In this document: positions 1 through 11,926 of the stretch, in pieces
Layout of the letters: the number at the start of each line of letters is the position of its first letter
Position numbering within the stretch: the stretch's first letter is position 1
Origin: Balanoglossus misakiensis
Lineage: Eukaryota; Animalia; Hemichordata
NCBI GenBank assembly: GCA_040954595.2
Contig: CM082576.2
Coordinates: 20,011,028 to 20,075,027 of the forward strand
Direction: 5' to 3'
Length of the DNA stretch: 64,000 bases
Made by a program: the position numbers and the translations under genes
Notes under the pieces: model-generated
What the model was told of the DNA's origin: nothing
What the model saw: the letters and a program-made list of their open reading frames with translations, nothing else
Database searches by the model: none

Positions 1-1430
1 GAGCCGGTGCACCAGCCGAGTCACGCCGTAGGAAATCTGACTTGATCAACGTGGTCAATGTACGCCTGTTTCTGCTCTAGAGTGCAGGGGCTTCAGCTAA
101 ACCAGGCCGTAGGAAATCCGACGTAATCACCGTTGATAACTTACGCCAGTCTGTGTCATATAGAGCCGGTGCACCAGCCGAGTCACGCCGTAGGAAATCT
201 GACTTGATCAACGTGGTCAATGTACGCCTGTTTCTGCTCTAGAGTGCCGGGGCTTCAGCTGAGCCAGGCCGTAGGAAACCCGACGTGATTACCGTTGTTA
301 ACTTACGCCAGTCTGTGTCCTATATGTAGTGCCGGGGCATCAGCCGTGCCAGGCCGAAGGAAATGTGAGTAGATCATCGTGGTCTCTGTACGCGTGTTTC
401 TGGTCTATAGTGCCAGGGCTTTAGCCAAGCCATGCCGTAGGAAATATGACTTGATCAACGTTGCTTACTAACGCTAGTGTCTGTCATAGTGTGCCGGGGT
501 TTTAGTCGAGCCAAGCCGTAGGAGATCAGACTTGATCAACGTGCTCTCTGTACGCGTGTTTCTGCTCTAGAGTGCCGGGGCTTTATCCAAGCCATGCCGT
601 AGAAAATCTGACTTGATCACCGTTGCTAACGTACGCTAGTGTCTGTCATATTGTGACGGAGATTTAGCCGAGCCAGGCAGTAGAAAAATCGACTTGTTCA
701 ACGTTAACAGTGTGCAACTGTTTCTGCTCTAGAGTGCAGGGGCTTCAGCTTAACCAGGCCGTAGGAAATCCGACGTAATCACCGTTGATAACTTACGCCA
801 GTCTGTGTCATATAGAGCCGGTGCACCAGCCGAGTCACGCCGTAGGAAATCTGACTTGATCAACGTGGTCAATGTACGCCTGTTTCTGCTCTAGAGTGCC
901 GGGGCTTCAGCTGAGCCAGGCCGTAGGAAACCCGACGTGATTACCGTTGTTAACTTACGCCAGTCTGTGTCCTATATGTAGTGCCGGGGCATCAGCCGTG
1001 CCAGGCCGAAGGAAATGTGAGTAGATCATCGTGGTCTCTGTACGCGTGTTTCTGGTCTATAGTGCCAGGGCTTTAGCCAAGCCATGCCGTAGGAAATATG
1101 ACTTGATCAACGTTGCTTACTAACGCTAGTGTCTGTCATAGTGTGCCGGGGTTTTAGTCGAGCCAAGCCGTAGGAGATCAGACTTGATCAACGTGCTCTC
1201 TGTACGCGTGTTTCTGCTCTAGAGTGCCGGGGCTTTATCCAAGCCATGCCGTAGAAAATCTGACTTGATCACCGTTGCTAACGTACGCTAGTGTCTGTCA
1301 TATTGTGACGGAGATTTAGCCGATCCAGGCAGTAGAAAAATCGACTTGTTCAACGTTAACAGTGTGCAACTGTTTCTGCTCTAGAGTGTCAGGGTTTTAG
1401 CCGACTTATGCTGTAGGAAATCTGAGTTGA
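1..1430. repeat. GC-rich 81-bp monomer sub-array (alternating A/B types, ~162-bp dimer); expanded here, ~11 monomers in typical units (e.g. ~12505-13390)
   Basis: GCCGTAGGAAA/GCCGAAGGAAA occurs at 25, 106, 187, 268, 353 and 434 (81-bp steps, one of 85). Monomers alternate between ...CGTGGTC..TGTACGCGTGTTTCTGCTCTAGAG and ...CGTTGCTAAC...GTCTGTCAT endings. Confidence 0.95.
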
Positions 1431-1481
1431 TGAACGTGAATTCAATGTTAGAAAACCCGTGTGGAAAGTATCTCTACCCGT

Positions 1482-2385
1482 TTGAAACTAAGAAAAGAAT
1501 TTATTCTTATTTATTTTGTAAAAAAGACAATTTTTCGAGAGAAAAAAAGTCGAAAATGGTAATTTTGTCTTGGGTGATTCAAATTATACCGCCTTTTCTG
1601 GAATTTGCAGCACTTTTTACAAGAGAACGACACTTCATGCTCCATAATATTTCCGAAAATGAAGAAAAGAGTTAATTTTTTAGGATTTTTCAAAAATTTA
1701 CCATTTTTGTCAAAATATGGCCAAAATGGCTATTTTTACTTGAATTCCGTCAATATCTTTGCATTTTTGGAGTGGTCGAAAGTTTTAACATACAATCAAC
1801 ATGTCATATATGATCAGGGCACCAAATTCGAAGAACAAAGGTTTTTTTTATTTTTTTTTCTAAAAATGACATTTTCAAGGAAAATTTGGTAAAACGCAAT
1901 TTTGTCTGCAGTGAGCCAAATTAGACGGTCTTTTGTGGAATTTGTATCGATATATACATACGAAGAGCATTCTATACTCCATCAGATTTCCGAGAATGTA
2001 GAAAACAGGTATTTTTGTAATTTTCAAAAATTTACCATTTTGTCCAAATTGTGGCTAAAATTGTTATTTTCGTGTTGAATGCCGCCAGTGTCACTGCTTT
2101 TAAAAGTCATAAAAACTTTTAACATACAAGCAATTGTTTATATATGATCAGGTCACCGAATTAATAAAATAAAGAATGTTTTGCCTAAAAATGACCTTTT
2201 TGGTGCAAAAACGAATAAAACGCAATTTTGTATTAAATCAGCTCATTCAGAGTGCATTTTTTATAATCAGCACCATGTTTACATATAATGGAAATTTCAT
2301 ACATCATTAGATATCCAAATATGTAAAAATGATTTAGATTTTAGATGATTGTCCAAAATTAGCTGATATCTAATAAATGTAGTAT
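1482..2385. repeat. AT-rich sub-array of ~5.5 diverged ~168-bp monomers (~335-bp dimers), present in every unit
   Basis: Monomer ends CCATAATATTTCC (~1654), GATCAGGGCACC (~1823), CCATCAGATTTCC (~1991), GATCAGGTCACC (~2157) and TCATTAGATATCC (~2316). Odd and even monomers align with each other; A- and T-tracts alternate throughout. Confidence 0.85.
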
Positions 2386-4017
2386 TGAACCGTTCTGTTC
2401 CCCCCCCCCCTACATTATATGCGGTACGCCGATGTGAGCTTACCCGGCAGTACTGCAGGCCGTGCCCCCAACTAACGTCGGTGTTTGAAGCGCCCTGGTT
2501 AAATTCGGGCTTTCTCTATAAATTGACAGGCAATAATGCAGCCCTACCCGAACAAATGTCGAGTGTTGACCCGCTGTGACTTTCCCTCTTCGGTTTGCCC
2601 GACTTAGCCAACGTCTTTGTACTAGAGTGTCGGGTCTTTTGCAGAGCCAGGCCGAAGGAAATCCGAGTAGATCAACGTGGTCTCTGTACGCGTGTTTCTG
2701 CTCTAGAGTGTCGGGTCTTTTGCAGAGCCAGGCCTAAGGAATTCCGACTTGATCAACGTTGCTAACAAACGCTAGTGTCTGTCATGGTGTGCCGGGGTTT
2801 TAGTCGAGCCAGGCCGTAGGAGATCTGACTTGATCATCGTGGTCAATGTACGCGTGTTTCCGCTCTAAAGTGCCGGGGCTTCAGCTGAGCCAGGCCGTAG
2901 GAAACACGACGTGATTACCGTTGTTAACTTACGCCAGTCTGTGTCCTATATATAGTGCCGGGGCATCAGCCGTGCCTGGCCGAAGGAAATGTGAGTAGAT
3001 CAACGTGGTCTCTGTACGCGTGTTTCTGCTCTAGAGTGCCAGGGCTTTAGCCAAGCCATGCCGTAGGAAATCTGACTTGATCAACGTTGCTAACGAACGC
3101 TAGTGTCTGTCATAGTGTGCCTGGGTTTTAGTCGAGCCAAGCCGTAGGAGATCAGACTTGATCAACGTGGTCTCTGTACGCGTGTTTCTGCTCTAGAGTG
3201 CCTGGGCTTTATCCAAGCCATGCCGTAGAAAATCTGACTTGATCACCATTCCTAACGTACGCTAGTGTCTGTCATGTTGTGACGGAGATTTAGCCGAGCC
3301 AGGCCGTATAAAAATCGACTTGTTCAAAGTTACCAGTGTGCAACTGTTTCTGCTCTAGAGTGTCAGGGTTTTAGCCGACTTATGCTGTAGGAAATCTGAG
3401 TTGATGAACGGGAATTCAATGTTAGAAAACCCGAGTGGAAAGTATCTCTACCCGTTTGAAACTAAGAAAAGAATTTATTCTTATTTATTTTGTAAAAAAG
3501 ACAATTTTCCGAAAAAAAGTCGAAAATGGTAATTTTGTCTTGGGTGATTCAAATTATACCGCCTTTTCTGGAATTTGCAGCACTTTTTACAGAGAACGAC
3601 ACTTCATGCTCCGTAATATTTCCGAAAATGAAGAAAAGAGTTAATGTTTTATGATTTTTTAAAAATTTACCATTTTTGTCAAAATATGGCCAAAATGGCT
3701 ATTTTTTCTTGAATTCCGTCAATATCTCTGCATTTTTGGAGTGGTCGAAAGTTTTAACATACAATCAACATGTCATATATGATCAGGGCACCAAATTTGA
3801 AGAACAAAGGTTTTTTTTTTTTATTTCTAAAAATGACATTTTCAAGGAAAATTTGGTAAAACGCAATTTTGTCTGCAGTGAGCCATATTAGACTGTCTTT
3901 TTTGGAATTTGTATCGATATATACATACGATAAGCATTTTATACTCCATCAGATTTTCGAAAATGTAGAAAACGGGTATTTTTTGTAATTTTCAAAAATT
4001 TACCATTTTGACCAAAT

Positions 4018-4337
4018 TGTGGGGAAGTATCGTGGCAGTGATCAATACTCCCGGGAGGGGGTTCGAGTATACTGACGTCGGAAAAGAAGCGAACGATTCA
4101 GTGCTAGGTAAAACACTGGTTTATTACCATCTGAATCCAACAACAAAGTAACACCACAGAGCTCCTTACAAAATGCTGCCCGAAAGCGCCAAAACTGGGT
4201 TATATATAAGTCCCACGAACGCCGGAGCAAACACTCAACAATTACAATAAATCTGCTACAAGTTTGGCGGGAAACAAAGTCAACTCTGATAGATCCGTCA
4301 CGTGATCCTTCTGGAGTAAATCTCTCACTTCTCCATA
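4018..4337 (-). repeat. 3' LTR of BEL/Pao element (320 bp)
   Basis: Direct repeat of 11591-11926 with a few substitutions and two small deletions; abuts the PPT. Confidence 0.95.
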
Positions 4338-4347
4338 TTCTCCCCCG
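4338..4347 (-). other. Polypurine tract
   Basis: Minus strand CGGGGGAGAA immediately before the 3' LTR. Confidence 0.85.
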
Positions 4348-4509
4348 CGCAAAGGAAAGTCTCGAAAATCATCAGAAAAAAAAACATTAAATAACATGAA
4401 ATATGATTAAAGTCACCTAAAGTGTTCAAGGATAATAAACTAATGTTCATTATGTCAGTAAACATGATAACAGTCACAATGCGATCGAAATTGTTTTCCA
4501 ATTTCAAAG

Positions 4510-6387
4510 TCAAATAGAGAGATCCGCTATTCGTACTCGAGCGGCAACTGCAGAGTCTCTGACAGGTCGTCTCGGGGGTACAACATCCGCCTTCACCGAG
4601 GAATCTTCAGAGGCTCCAGCTGTGTCGACTGTTTCAGTATTCGTGTTGGAATCTGCTCCAATACCTGTATTATCTCCAGACACAGTTGACAGCTCCTTGG
4701 AGACAACTTCCAATGGGTACAATTTATGGATAGGTCGGTTTGTAGGACCACCTGCGGTGTTCAACTCCGCAGATCGTACCAGTTTATTATTACCGAAGAT
4801 CAACCTTGTTACAGTTCCTAAATGCCATTTCGGACGTTTGTCAGTGTCACTGTGTATTATCACGACATCTCCGACCTTGATGACATTATCACGAGTTCCT
4901 TTGGTGGGATGTCGTTCACGTAGGGCAGTCAGATACTCGGACGACCATCTTCGCCAAAATTGATCGTGTAATCTTGATAGATGTTCATATCTTTTGTTGA
5001 TTTCACGATTATCACAGTAAGATGGGTCAATCACCTCTTCGTCGGTGATCTCGATGTACGGCAATGAGGTCAGTGTCCTGCCATGTAGCAAGTGATTTGG
5101 GGTCAATCCAATGTTGTCGTTTATACTAAATGACACGTACGTTAACGGCCTGTCGTTTAAAACGGCTTCAATTTCAGTCACAACTGTTGCGAGTTCATCA
5201 AAGGTTAGGTAAGCTCGACCGAGAGTTTTCCTAATAGCGTTCTTTGTCAAAGCAATCAGCCTCTCCCAGAAGCCACCAAACCAGGGCGCGCGCTTCGGTA
5301 TAAACGTCCATTGTACACGGTGTGCGGCGAGAAAGTCATTTACTTCTGGCGTATCAAACAGTGTTTTGATTTCATTGGCAGCCGATAAATAAGTCGATGC
5401 GTTGTCTGACAGCATCCTACTCGGCAAAGAACGTCTCGCGGCGAATCTTCTGAACGCGTGCATGAACGTCTGGGTTGACATATCAGGAACCAGTTCTAGG
5501 TGAATGGCACGCGTCACCGCACAGGTGAATAAACAGATATAGGCTTTGGCACGTGTCCCATCTTTGGCCTTGGTATAAAGATGACCCGTGAAATCCACGC
5601 CTGTTACAGTAAATGCTGGGACAATGTTCACTCGATAACTTGGTAGCGGCGCTTGCACTGGATTCGCGTAAGGTTTCCCGGTAACTTTGTTGCAAATGAC
5701 ACAACCACGTAAGACACCGCGTACAATAATCTGAATTTTGGGGATCAAATATCTTTGCCTTATCTGTGTCACTGTAGATTGGACTCCCTGGTGAAGCGTC
5801 AGTTCGTGTGATTTCCGTATTATCAAATTTGTCAATTTATGATGCGAGGGTATCAAGGCGGGAAATCTTGTGACGAAATCGATCGGCGCGTTATGGATTC
5901 TACTCCCACAGCGAAGTACGTCTTCTTCGTCAACAAATAAGTTCAGTTGTCGAACAATGGGCGCACATTTACTCAAGTTCAATTTCACAGACTGGATTTC
6001 GGCGTCATAGAACTGCCGTTGAATATGTTTAACCCACATATTTTCCGCTCGGTGCAGCTCATCAGGGGTAATTCTCCCGTGTTTCACCTCGGTAGATTTT
6101 TTCATCCGTGCGATGAATCTGAGGACATAACTTGTCACTCGTAATAGCCTATCCAAGTTGTTGAATCTGGAAATGTCAACAACGTGTTGAATTCCGTAGT
6201 CATTGGGACTGGTAATTTCCAGATTTTCGCGATCTGTACATCGTCTGGCTTTGGGGGGAGCGAGTATTTCTGCCTTCTCGGTAGACTGATCGTTGATTCC
6301 GTTGCCGAAACGCGGCGGCAATCTGTCCGTCTCATCTGGTTCGATTGCGGTATGCATCACATTAACATCAAACGCTGGGCAACTAGG
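4510..6387 (-). pseudogene. BEL/Pao integrase region (HHCC zinc finger, DDE core, C-terminal domain)
   Basis: H(ELTL)H...C(VI)C, GVDFTG, SDNAST, PWFGGFWERL and EAVLNDRPL motifs. In frame with the upstream RNase H ORF across a TGA at 6388-6390 (probably TGG in WLKTSDWP). Confidence 0.93.
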
Positions 6388-7314
6388 TCAATCGCTTGTC
6401 TTTAGCCATGTTGGTCCATTACGCCATAGTTCAGAGCGTTCCATCATTTCGTAGGTTACCCCTCTGGTTAAAAGATCAGCTGGGTTGTGTTCTGATGGGC
6501 AGTATTTCTTTGTGGACTGAAATTCGCGAATTTCATCTACTCGATTCTTCACAAACACCGGAAGTCTCTTCTCACTGTTCAGCCAGTGAAGGACAATTTG
6601 GCTGTCACTCCATAAATAACAACGAACTATGTCATATTTGGAGGACAGGGCTTCTTTAGCGTACTTGCTGAGACGTGTGGCTATTAACGCAGCCATCAAT
6701 TCCAGTCGCGGGAGTGTAGTTTCAGCCACTGGTGCGGTTCTAGTCTTCGCCATCACAAACGACGTTTGCTGTCCTCTTTTCAAATACACTACTGCCCCAT
6801 ACGCTCTCTGGCTTGCGTCTGCAAAGGCGTGTAGCTCGCATTCATTGTCGCCTTCAAGTTCATCAAAATATTGTCGTTCGATCTTCGTGTTTCGCGAGTC
6901 TTTGAGATCTTCTGCGATGTGCATCCATTGAGTGTAGAGATCTGCGTTGATAGGTTCATCCCAGTCTAATTCCAGTTTCCATAGTAACTGAATGAACAAT
7001 TTGGCTTTGATCATTACAGGGGCGAGAAATCCAAACGGATCAAATAGCATCGCCACATAGCTGACAATGTCACGTTTGGTCACGAGTTCGGCACGCGACG
7101 ACATATTAACCACTTTGGAGTAAGTCAATTCGTCAGATTTTGTTGACACTGCATTCCCAAAACGGATACATCTTCGGTGGGTTCGTTCAGATTGTCACAT
7201 GTAGCGAGTTCGTTTATTTGTTGACAGTTGGAAGACCATGCTCTGAGTTTGAATCCGCCTGATGTCATCAACTCATTGGCTTCATGGTAGTATTTCATGG
7301 AGTTTTCTGCAGTA
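6388..7314 (-). pseudogene. BEL/Pao RT C-terminus and RNase H region
   Basis: GGFKLRAWSSN, VLGM, FDPFGFLAP, HAFADASQRAYG, WSDSQIVLHW and NPADLLTRG; frameshift near 7150. Confidence 0.92.
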
Positions 7315-8751
7315 TTTTTTTTTTATTTATTTATTACACAGATCAACGGGCAAACCCACTTACAGATCTGGGAAACAATAAAAACAATTAAGTCACAAAA
7401 CAAAAATTAACTGAAAAACAAGACACCAAAAAAGTAACACATGTCACGTAAAATATAAATACAAATCAAGGAACAGTACCATTAAAATGACTGGATAAAA
7501 TAGATTTAAAACTGTGGAGCGTAGAAAAAATATCAATATTACATTTAGAAGAAATCTCATTAAAAGCAGACATGCATCTGAGCATTGTCGAGAATTTTCT
7601 ACAATTAACGGAGCGCAAGTCGGGTTTAAAAAGGGGTTTCTTGCGTAAATTTCTACTAGGGGCGTAAAAACATATTTGATTTAAAATACCAGGTGAATCA
7701 TACTGTGAGTGGATAATTTTGTATAAAAAAAAACATGTCAAGGGTGAGTCTTCTGTTATATAACATTGGGATATTCAGTAATCTACAATAAATAGGGTAG
7801 CTGGACCTGCTGCAGTGAATATTGAGTTTGCAACAAATGTACTTCACAAACTTAATTTGTACCCGCTCAATCTTGTCTGACAGGCCCTTTTGGTGGGGTG
7901 ACCAAAAAACAGAGCCATACTCTAGAATAGATCTTACATAAACAAAATATAGAGAAATAATAGCGGATATGTCATTAAAAGGCTGGCAGAGGCGCTTAAT
8001 AAAACCCAGAGATTTGAAGGCTCTGGAAACTGTGTTATTTATGTGGAAAGAATAATTGAGATTAGAAGTAAGGTATATGCCCAAGTCCTTGATTACAGAA
8101 ACACGTTGAAGGGGAGTGCCATTGATAGAGTAGTCAGTAGATGAAATAACCCTTTTCTTTAGGATGAAACTGATGAATTTGCATTTATTGATATTAGGTG
8201 ACAACTTCCAGTTGTCACACCAGAGAGCAAGTTTATCAAGGTCTTTCTGTAACAAGTCACAATCAGCGGAGGAGGTGATGGTACGGTAAATCTTAGCATC
8301 GTCGGCATACATGCTGAGCTTTGCAGAAATATCTAACAGTGATATATCATTTATATACATTACAAAAAGTAGTGGCCCCAAGAGTGAACCTTGTGGGACC
8401 CCCGATGTAGCAGTGAAGCTGTTTGACGAGTGACTGCCAAACACCACCCTCTGTTGTCTGAGATGGAGATACGACGCCAGCCAGCTGTGCAAATTGCCAC
8501 ATATACCAAATTTGGCGGCTTTGTACAGCAGTAGTGTGTGACAGACACTGTCAAACGCCTTGCTAAAATCAGTGTAGATTGAATCTACCTGTTCTTTGTT
8601 GTTCAATGAAGCTGAAATGAAATCAGTGTAAGCCACTAAGTTGGTTGTGGTAGATCTATTTTTAACAAATCCATGCTGATCAATGGATATATTTGGTTGA
8701 ACATGCTGGTAGATATGAGGGACAATGACAGCTTCGAAAATCTTAGCAAAA
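7315..8751 (-). mobile_element. 5'-truncated non-LTR retrotransposon (CR1-clade-like) nested in the BEL RT
   Basis: Open frame from the junction: FAKIFEA..QHGFVKNRSTTTNL..YTDFSKAFD..GVPQGSLLGP..YADDAK..KDLGI. Ends in a short GGG-TTTG-CCC hairpin and an (AATA)n plus poly-A tail at 7315-7335. At most a TA duplication at the junctions. Confidence 0.9.
7466..8750 (-). pseudogene. LINE ORF2 reverse transcriptase and C-terminus (truncated)
   Basis: ORFs 7698-8636 and 7466-7741 join by a single frameshift in an A9 homopolymer near 7730, which could be a sequencing error. Confidence 0.88.
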
Positions 8752-9505
8752 TATCAACTCCATCGATCACATTATCCACACAGATATTATTTCCCAATCT
8801 GTCAGCGGTGGGAAGTTGACTATTGTTCTCTAAATGCGTCTTGATAACCGCATTGAGGATGAATGGGGAACAGACTGCTCCAAACAAGACAGACTTAAAC
8901 TGCAAAGTTATGAAGTCACTTTCTGGGTCGTTAATGTCCGACAGCCACAGAAATTTCGTGAATTTCCTCTCATCTTCTTCCAACCGAATGTTCAGGAATG
9001 CTTTCTCAATGTCAGCTGTGAAAGCAATGTTATTGGCGCGGAATCTCAGCAGAATCGCTGGCAGGTCATTTATTAATGACGGTCCAGTTTGCAAGCAATC
9101 ATTCAAACTTGGATAATTAGAATCCTTCTTACAAGAGCAATCATAAACGATGCGAATGGGTGTTGTGGTCGAATTCTTAACCACCGGACGATGTGGCAAA
9201 TAGTGTCCGATATTCACGTCATCTTCGTCAACCTCTCCGATGAAGTCGCGACGTCTCTGTTCATTGATTATGTCGTCATATTTCTTGATGAGTTCAGAGG
9301 GTAACCTGCGTATCATATTACGCGTGCGTTTCATGGCGACATCGTAGTTGGTGGGTAGTGGAGGGTGATCTTCCTTCCACAGTAGTTTAGCTACGTATTT
9401 TCCTCGGTCAACTCTCAAGTGCGTGTCTCTGTAAGACTCGTACGTCAACTGTTCATCAACTGTTGGATTGTCCTGAATACCGATCAATTCAAGGTCCCAC
9501 ATATT
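8752..9505 (-). pseudogene. BEL/Pao reverse transcriptase N-terminal part
   Basis: HYLPHRPV, RIVYDCS, ADIEKAFL and FGAVCSPFIL. The catalytic YVDN reads CVDN. In frame with Gag-PR across a TAA at 9506-9508. Confidence 0.92.
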
Positions 9506-11557
9506 TTAGACCTGTGGTTCTCGGCCGATCGCAGTACTATCCATCGGTGTATACATGTCCGTTGCGCGATCTCCATGCAGTCCGTTGATAGAGTTCTCTG
9601 AAACTACGTTACTGGTATCAGCAGTAGAAATCACATGTAAGATATGCGCATTAGAATCCACTTTGGGAGTTCCGAGGGGTCCGGAGAGTAAGTATCCAAA
9701 TTTGGATGACACAGCAGTGGGGCCGGACGCGCCAGAAATAACGTGTGAGCCCACGAAATTCCAATATTGGTCGGCTCCGATTAGAACATCTATTGGCCAC
9801 GACTGATCACTCGAAACTGGATGTGCGAATGGTAGCCCTTTCAGGTGGCTCATATTGTGGACTTCCTGAGAAATGTGATTTGTTAAGTCCGACGATATCT
9901 CTGGAATTATCATCGCGTGAATAGTTGAAGTATTCCCGTTCAGTTCATGAGCAGTTAGTTCGGTGAATCCCATGGTGCGTACTTTGGAATCCTTGCCACG
10001 GAAGGTCGATAACTTTATGTGTTCGTGCCGCGTAGCTTTCGCGGACAGCTGACGGGCGAATCTCTCAGTGACGAATGTCTTATTTGCTCCTTCATCAAAC
10101 AGGATGATGGCATGTATGGGGGTTCCCCGTCCGACAGACAGTGGTACAAACGCAGTTTTCAGCAGCACTGGCCCAGTGTTTATCTTCTTATCCGTAAATG
10201 TATCGGTATTAGTCAATGTTACTTTGACATCAGAAGTACTTGATGATGGCGATGGCGAGGACGACGCTCCGGTTGGCGTAGTTGTAGCGGTGGGAACGTC
10301 GTAGTGTAGCGCAGAGTGATGACGTTTCCTACACTTTCTGCAGGAGTATTTTGATTTACACTCCGCAACTCTATGTTTTCCAAAGCAATTAAAACATAGT
10401 CTGTCCTTCTTCACAATGTCCAGTCTCTCGCGCGTATCAGTTACCACAGTGCAATTTGACGCGAAGTGTGACCCTTTGCAGAACGGGCACGTTTTGACAG
10501 GGGCGCGAAAATTCTGTTTACCTGTCATCTGCGTTTTCGTGTGAAACGCGGTTATTACCGGTTCTCTGGTAGTGGCCATTGTTATCTCGTCGACCCGGTT
10601 GCCGGCTTGAAGGGCGTTTATCTCGTGTTGAATGGCTTTTCGTAGATCTGGTAATGTCCACGCAGCATTACCATGTTTTCTTGCTATCTGCTCTCGAATG
10701 TTAGGAGGTAATTTCTCCCGTATTATTGGAACCAAAAGTTCGCCGTATGTGGTTTCCTCCTTACCCAGCGACTGAAGACCTCGAACGTGATTTTCAATCG
10801 AGTCGTAGAAATGCCTTAAACTTTGTACGTCGGCGGTTGGGCTTTGTAGATTCCACAACGCGGTCATATGAGCATCTACTATGAGATGGGATTGTCCGTA
10901 TCTTTCGGTCAATAAGTCAATCGCGTGCGTGAGTGGCAATCCGTTGATTGTTCTCGCTGCTTCATCTTTGAGTACACTCCGCAAATACGTAAACTTCTGA
11001 ATGTTGTCCAAATTAGTGTCCGAAGGTATCGAAGACTTGAATACATCGAAGAAACTCGACCATTCTATTACATTGCCTGAGAAAGTTTGCAGCTGGAGTT
11101 TCGGTAGAGTTACTGTTTTACGAGGCGTCGCGTTGCCGAGGCTGCTTCCCGTTACATTACCAGTACTAGTAGTAGTTGTCCGCATCTCCGATTTGTTTTT
11201 CTTGATGAAAGATGCGATGCGATGATTGTGTTCGAAGATTTCGGCGTGGTAGTCGCCTGAAGTTTCATTTTCTTCGTCAAAGTGTTCATCGTCAATTAGA
11301 TCGAGGATTCTCACCTCGAGGTCGGCGAGTAGACGGATCTTGTTCGAAAGTTGTTCGTTTAGCCCTTCCAGCGTGTCGAGTGTAGTCGGCTTGTCTGTAC
11401 CGACGTCTACGAAATTGTTCATGATGGTGTCGGCCCGGTTGAACAGTCGGGTCACTTGTGCGCGTTGACCACGACGCGATCTCTTCAGTTTTGTCAACGC
11501 TGTTGGCTGATCCTCTTGTTGTCCATCTTGTGGCGCGATGTGTTCTTGTTCCGACAT
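9506..11557 (-). pseudogene. BEL/Pao Gag plus aspartic protease
   Basis: LPKLQLQTFSG..W..F, three zinc knuckles (CPFCKGSH, CFNCFGKH, CRKCRKRHH), ILFDEGANKTF and DVLIGAD. Ends at a premature in-frame TAA. Confidence 0.92.
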
Positions 11558-11568
11558 CTTGCTCGGTT

Positions 11569-11586
11569 ATCCTGGTCTCGGCACCA
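11569..11586 (-). other. Primer binding site, tRNA-His-like
   Basis: TGGTGCCGAGACCAGGAT lies 4 nt downstream of the 5' LTR. It resembles the complement of invertebrate tRNA-His 3' ends (TGGTGCCGTGACCAGGAT, recalled from memory). Confidence 0.75.
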
Positions 11587-11590
11587 AAAA

Positions 11591-11926
11591 TGTGGGGAAG
11601 TATCGTGGCAGTGATCAATACTCCCGGGAGGGGGTTCGAGTATACTGACGTCGGAAAAGAAGCGAACGATTCAGTGCTAGGTAAAACACTGGTTTATTAC
11701 CATCTGAATCCAACAACAAAGTAACACCACAGAGCTCCTTACAAAAAGCTGCCCGAAATCGCCAAAACTGGGTTATATATAAGTCCCACGAACGCCGGAG
11801 CAAACACTCAAAAATTACAATAAATCTGCTACAAGTATAAAGTTTGGCGGGAAACAAAGTCAACTCTGATAGGGTAAGAGTTTCCGTCACGTGATCCTTC
11901 TGGAGTAAATCTCTCACTTCTCCATA
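11591..11926 (-). repeat. 5' LTR of BEL/Pao element (336 bp)
   Basis: Repeat of 4018-4337; contains a TATATAA box and a downstream AATAAA on the minus strand. Confidence 0.95.

Larger units (their letters stand above)
4018..11926 (-). mobile_element. BEL/Pao LTR retrotransposon, full length but defective, with a nested LINE
   Basis: Two LTRs, 5-bp TSD CAAAT (4013-4017 and 11927-11931), PBS and PPT. Domain order is Gag-PR-RT-RH-IN with Pao-type motifs (RIVYDCS, SLNDCL, HAFADAS, LPRLEL, FWRRWSSEYL). Excising it restores the satellite sequence ACCAAATTGTGGCT. Confidence 0.97.

Noticed and set aside
1-1430. CRISPR-like appearance of the regularly spaced repeats
   Set aside because: The whole 81-bp monomer is repeated, with no unique spacers and no cas genes; the context is eukaryotic.
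1427-3891. Recurrent 60-95 aa ORFs in the satellite (MESISTRLK.., MNRSVPPP.., MLKVFMTF..)
   Set aside because: They open and close with homopolymer length changes between units, mostly use non-ATG starts and are low-complexity F/K-rich translations.
8636-9502. 288-aa ORF as a standalone gene
   Set aside because: Chimera of BEL RT and an out-of-frame read into the inserted LINE.
9506-9508. Programmed readthrough at the in-frame TAA (and the TGA at 6388) of the BEL element
   Set aside because: BEL/Pao elements normally have a single ORF, the stops fall at conserved-residue positions, and the copy has other lesions, so these are simple nonsense mutations.
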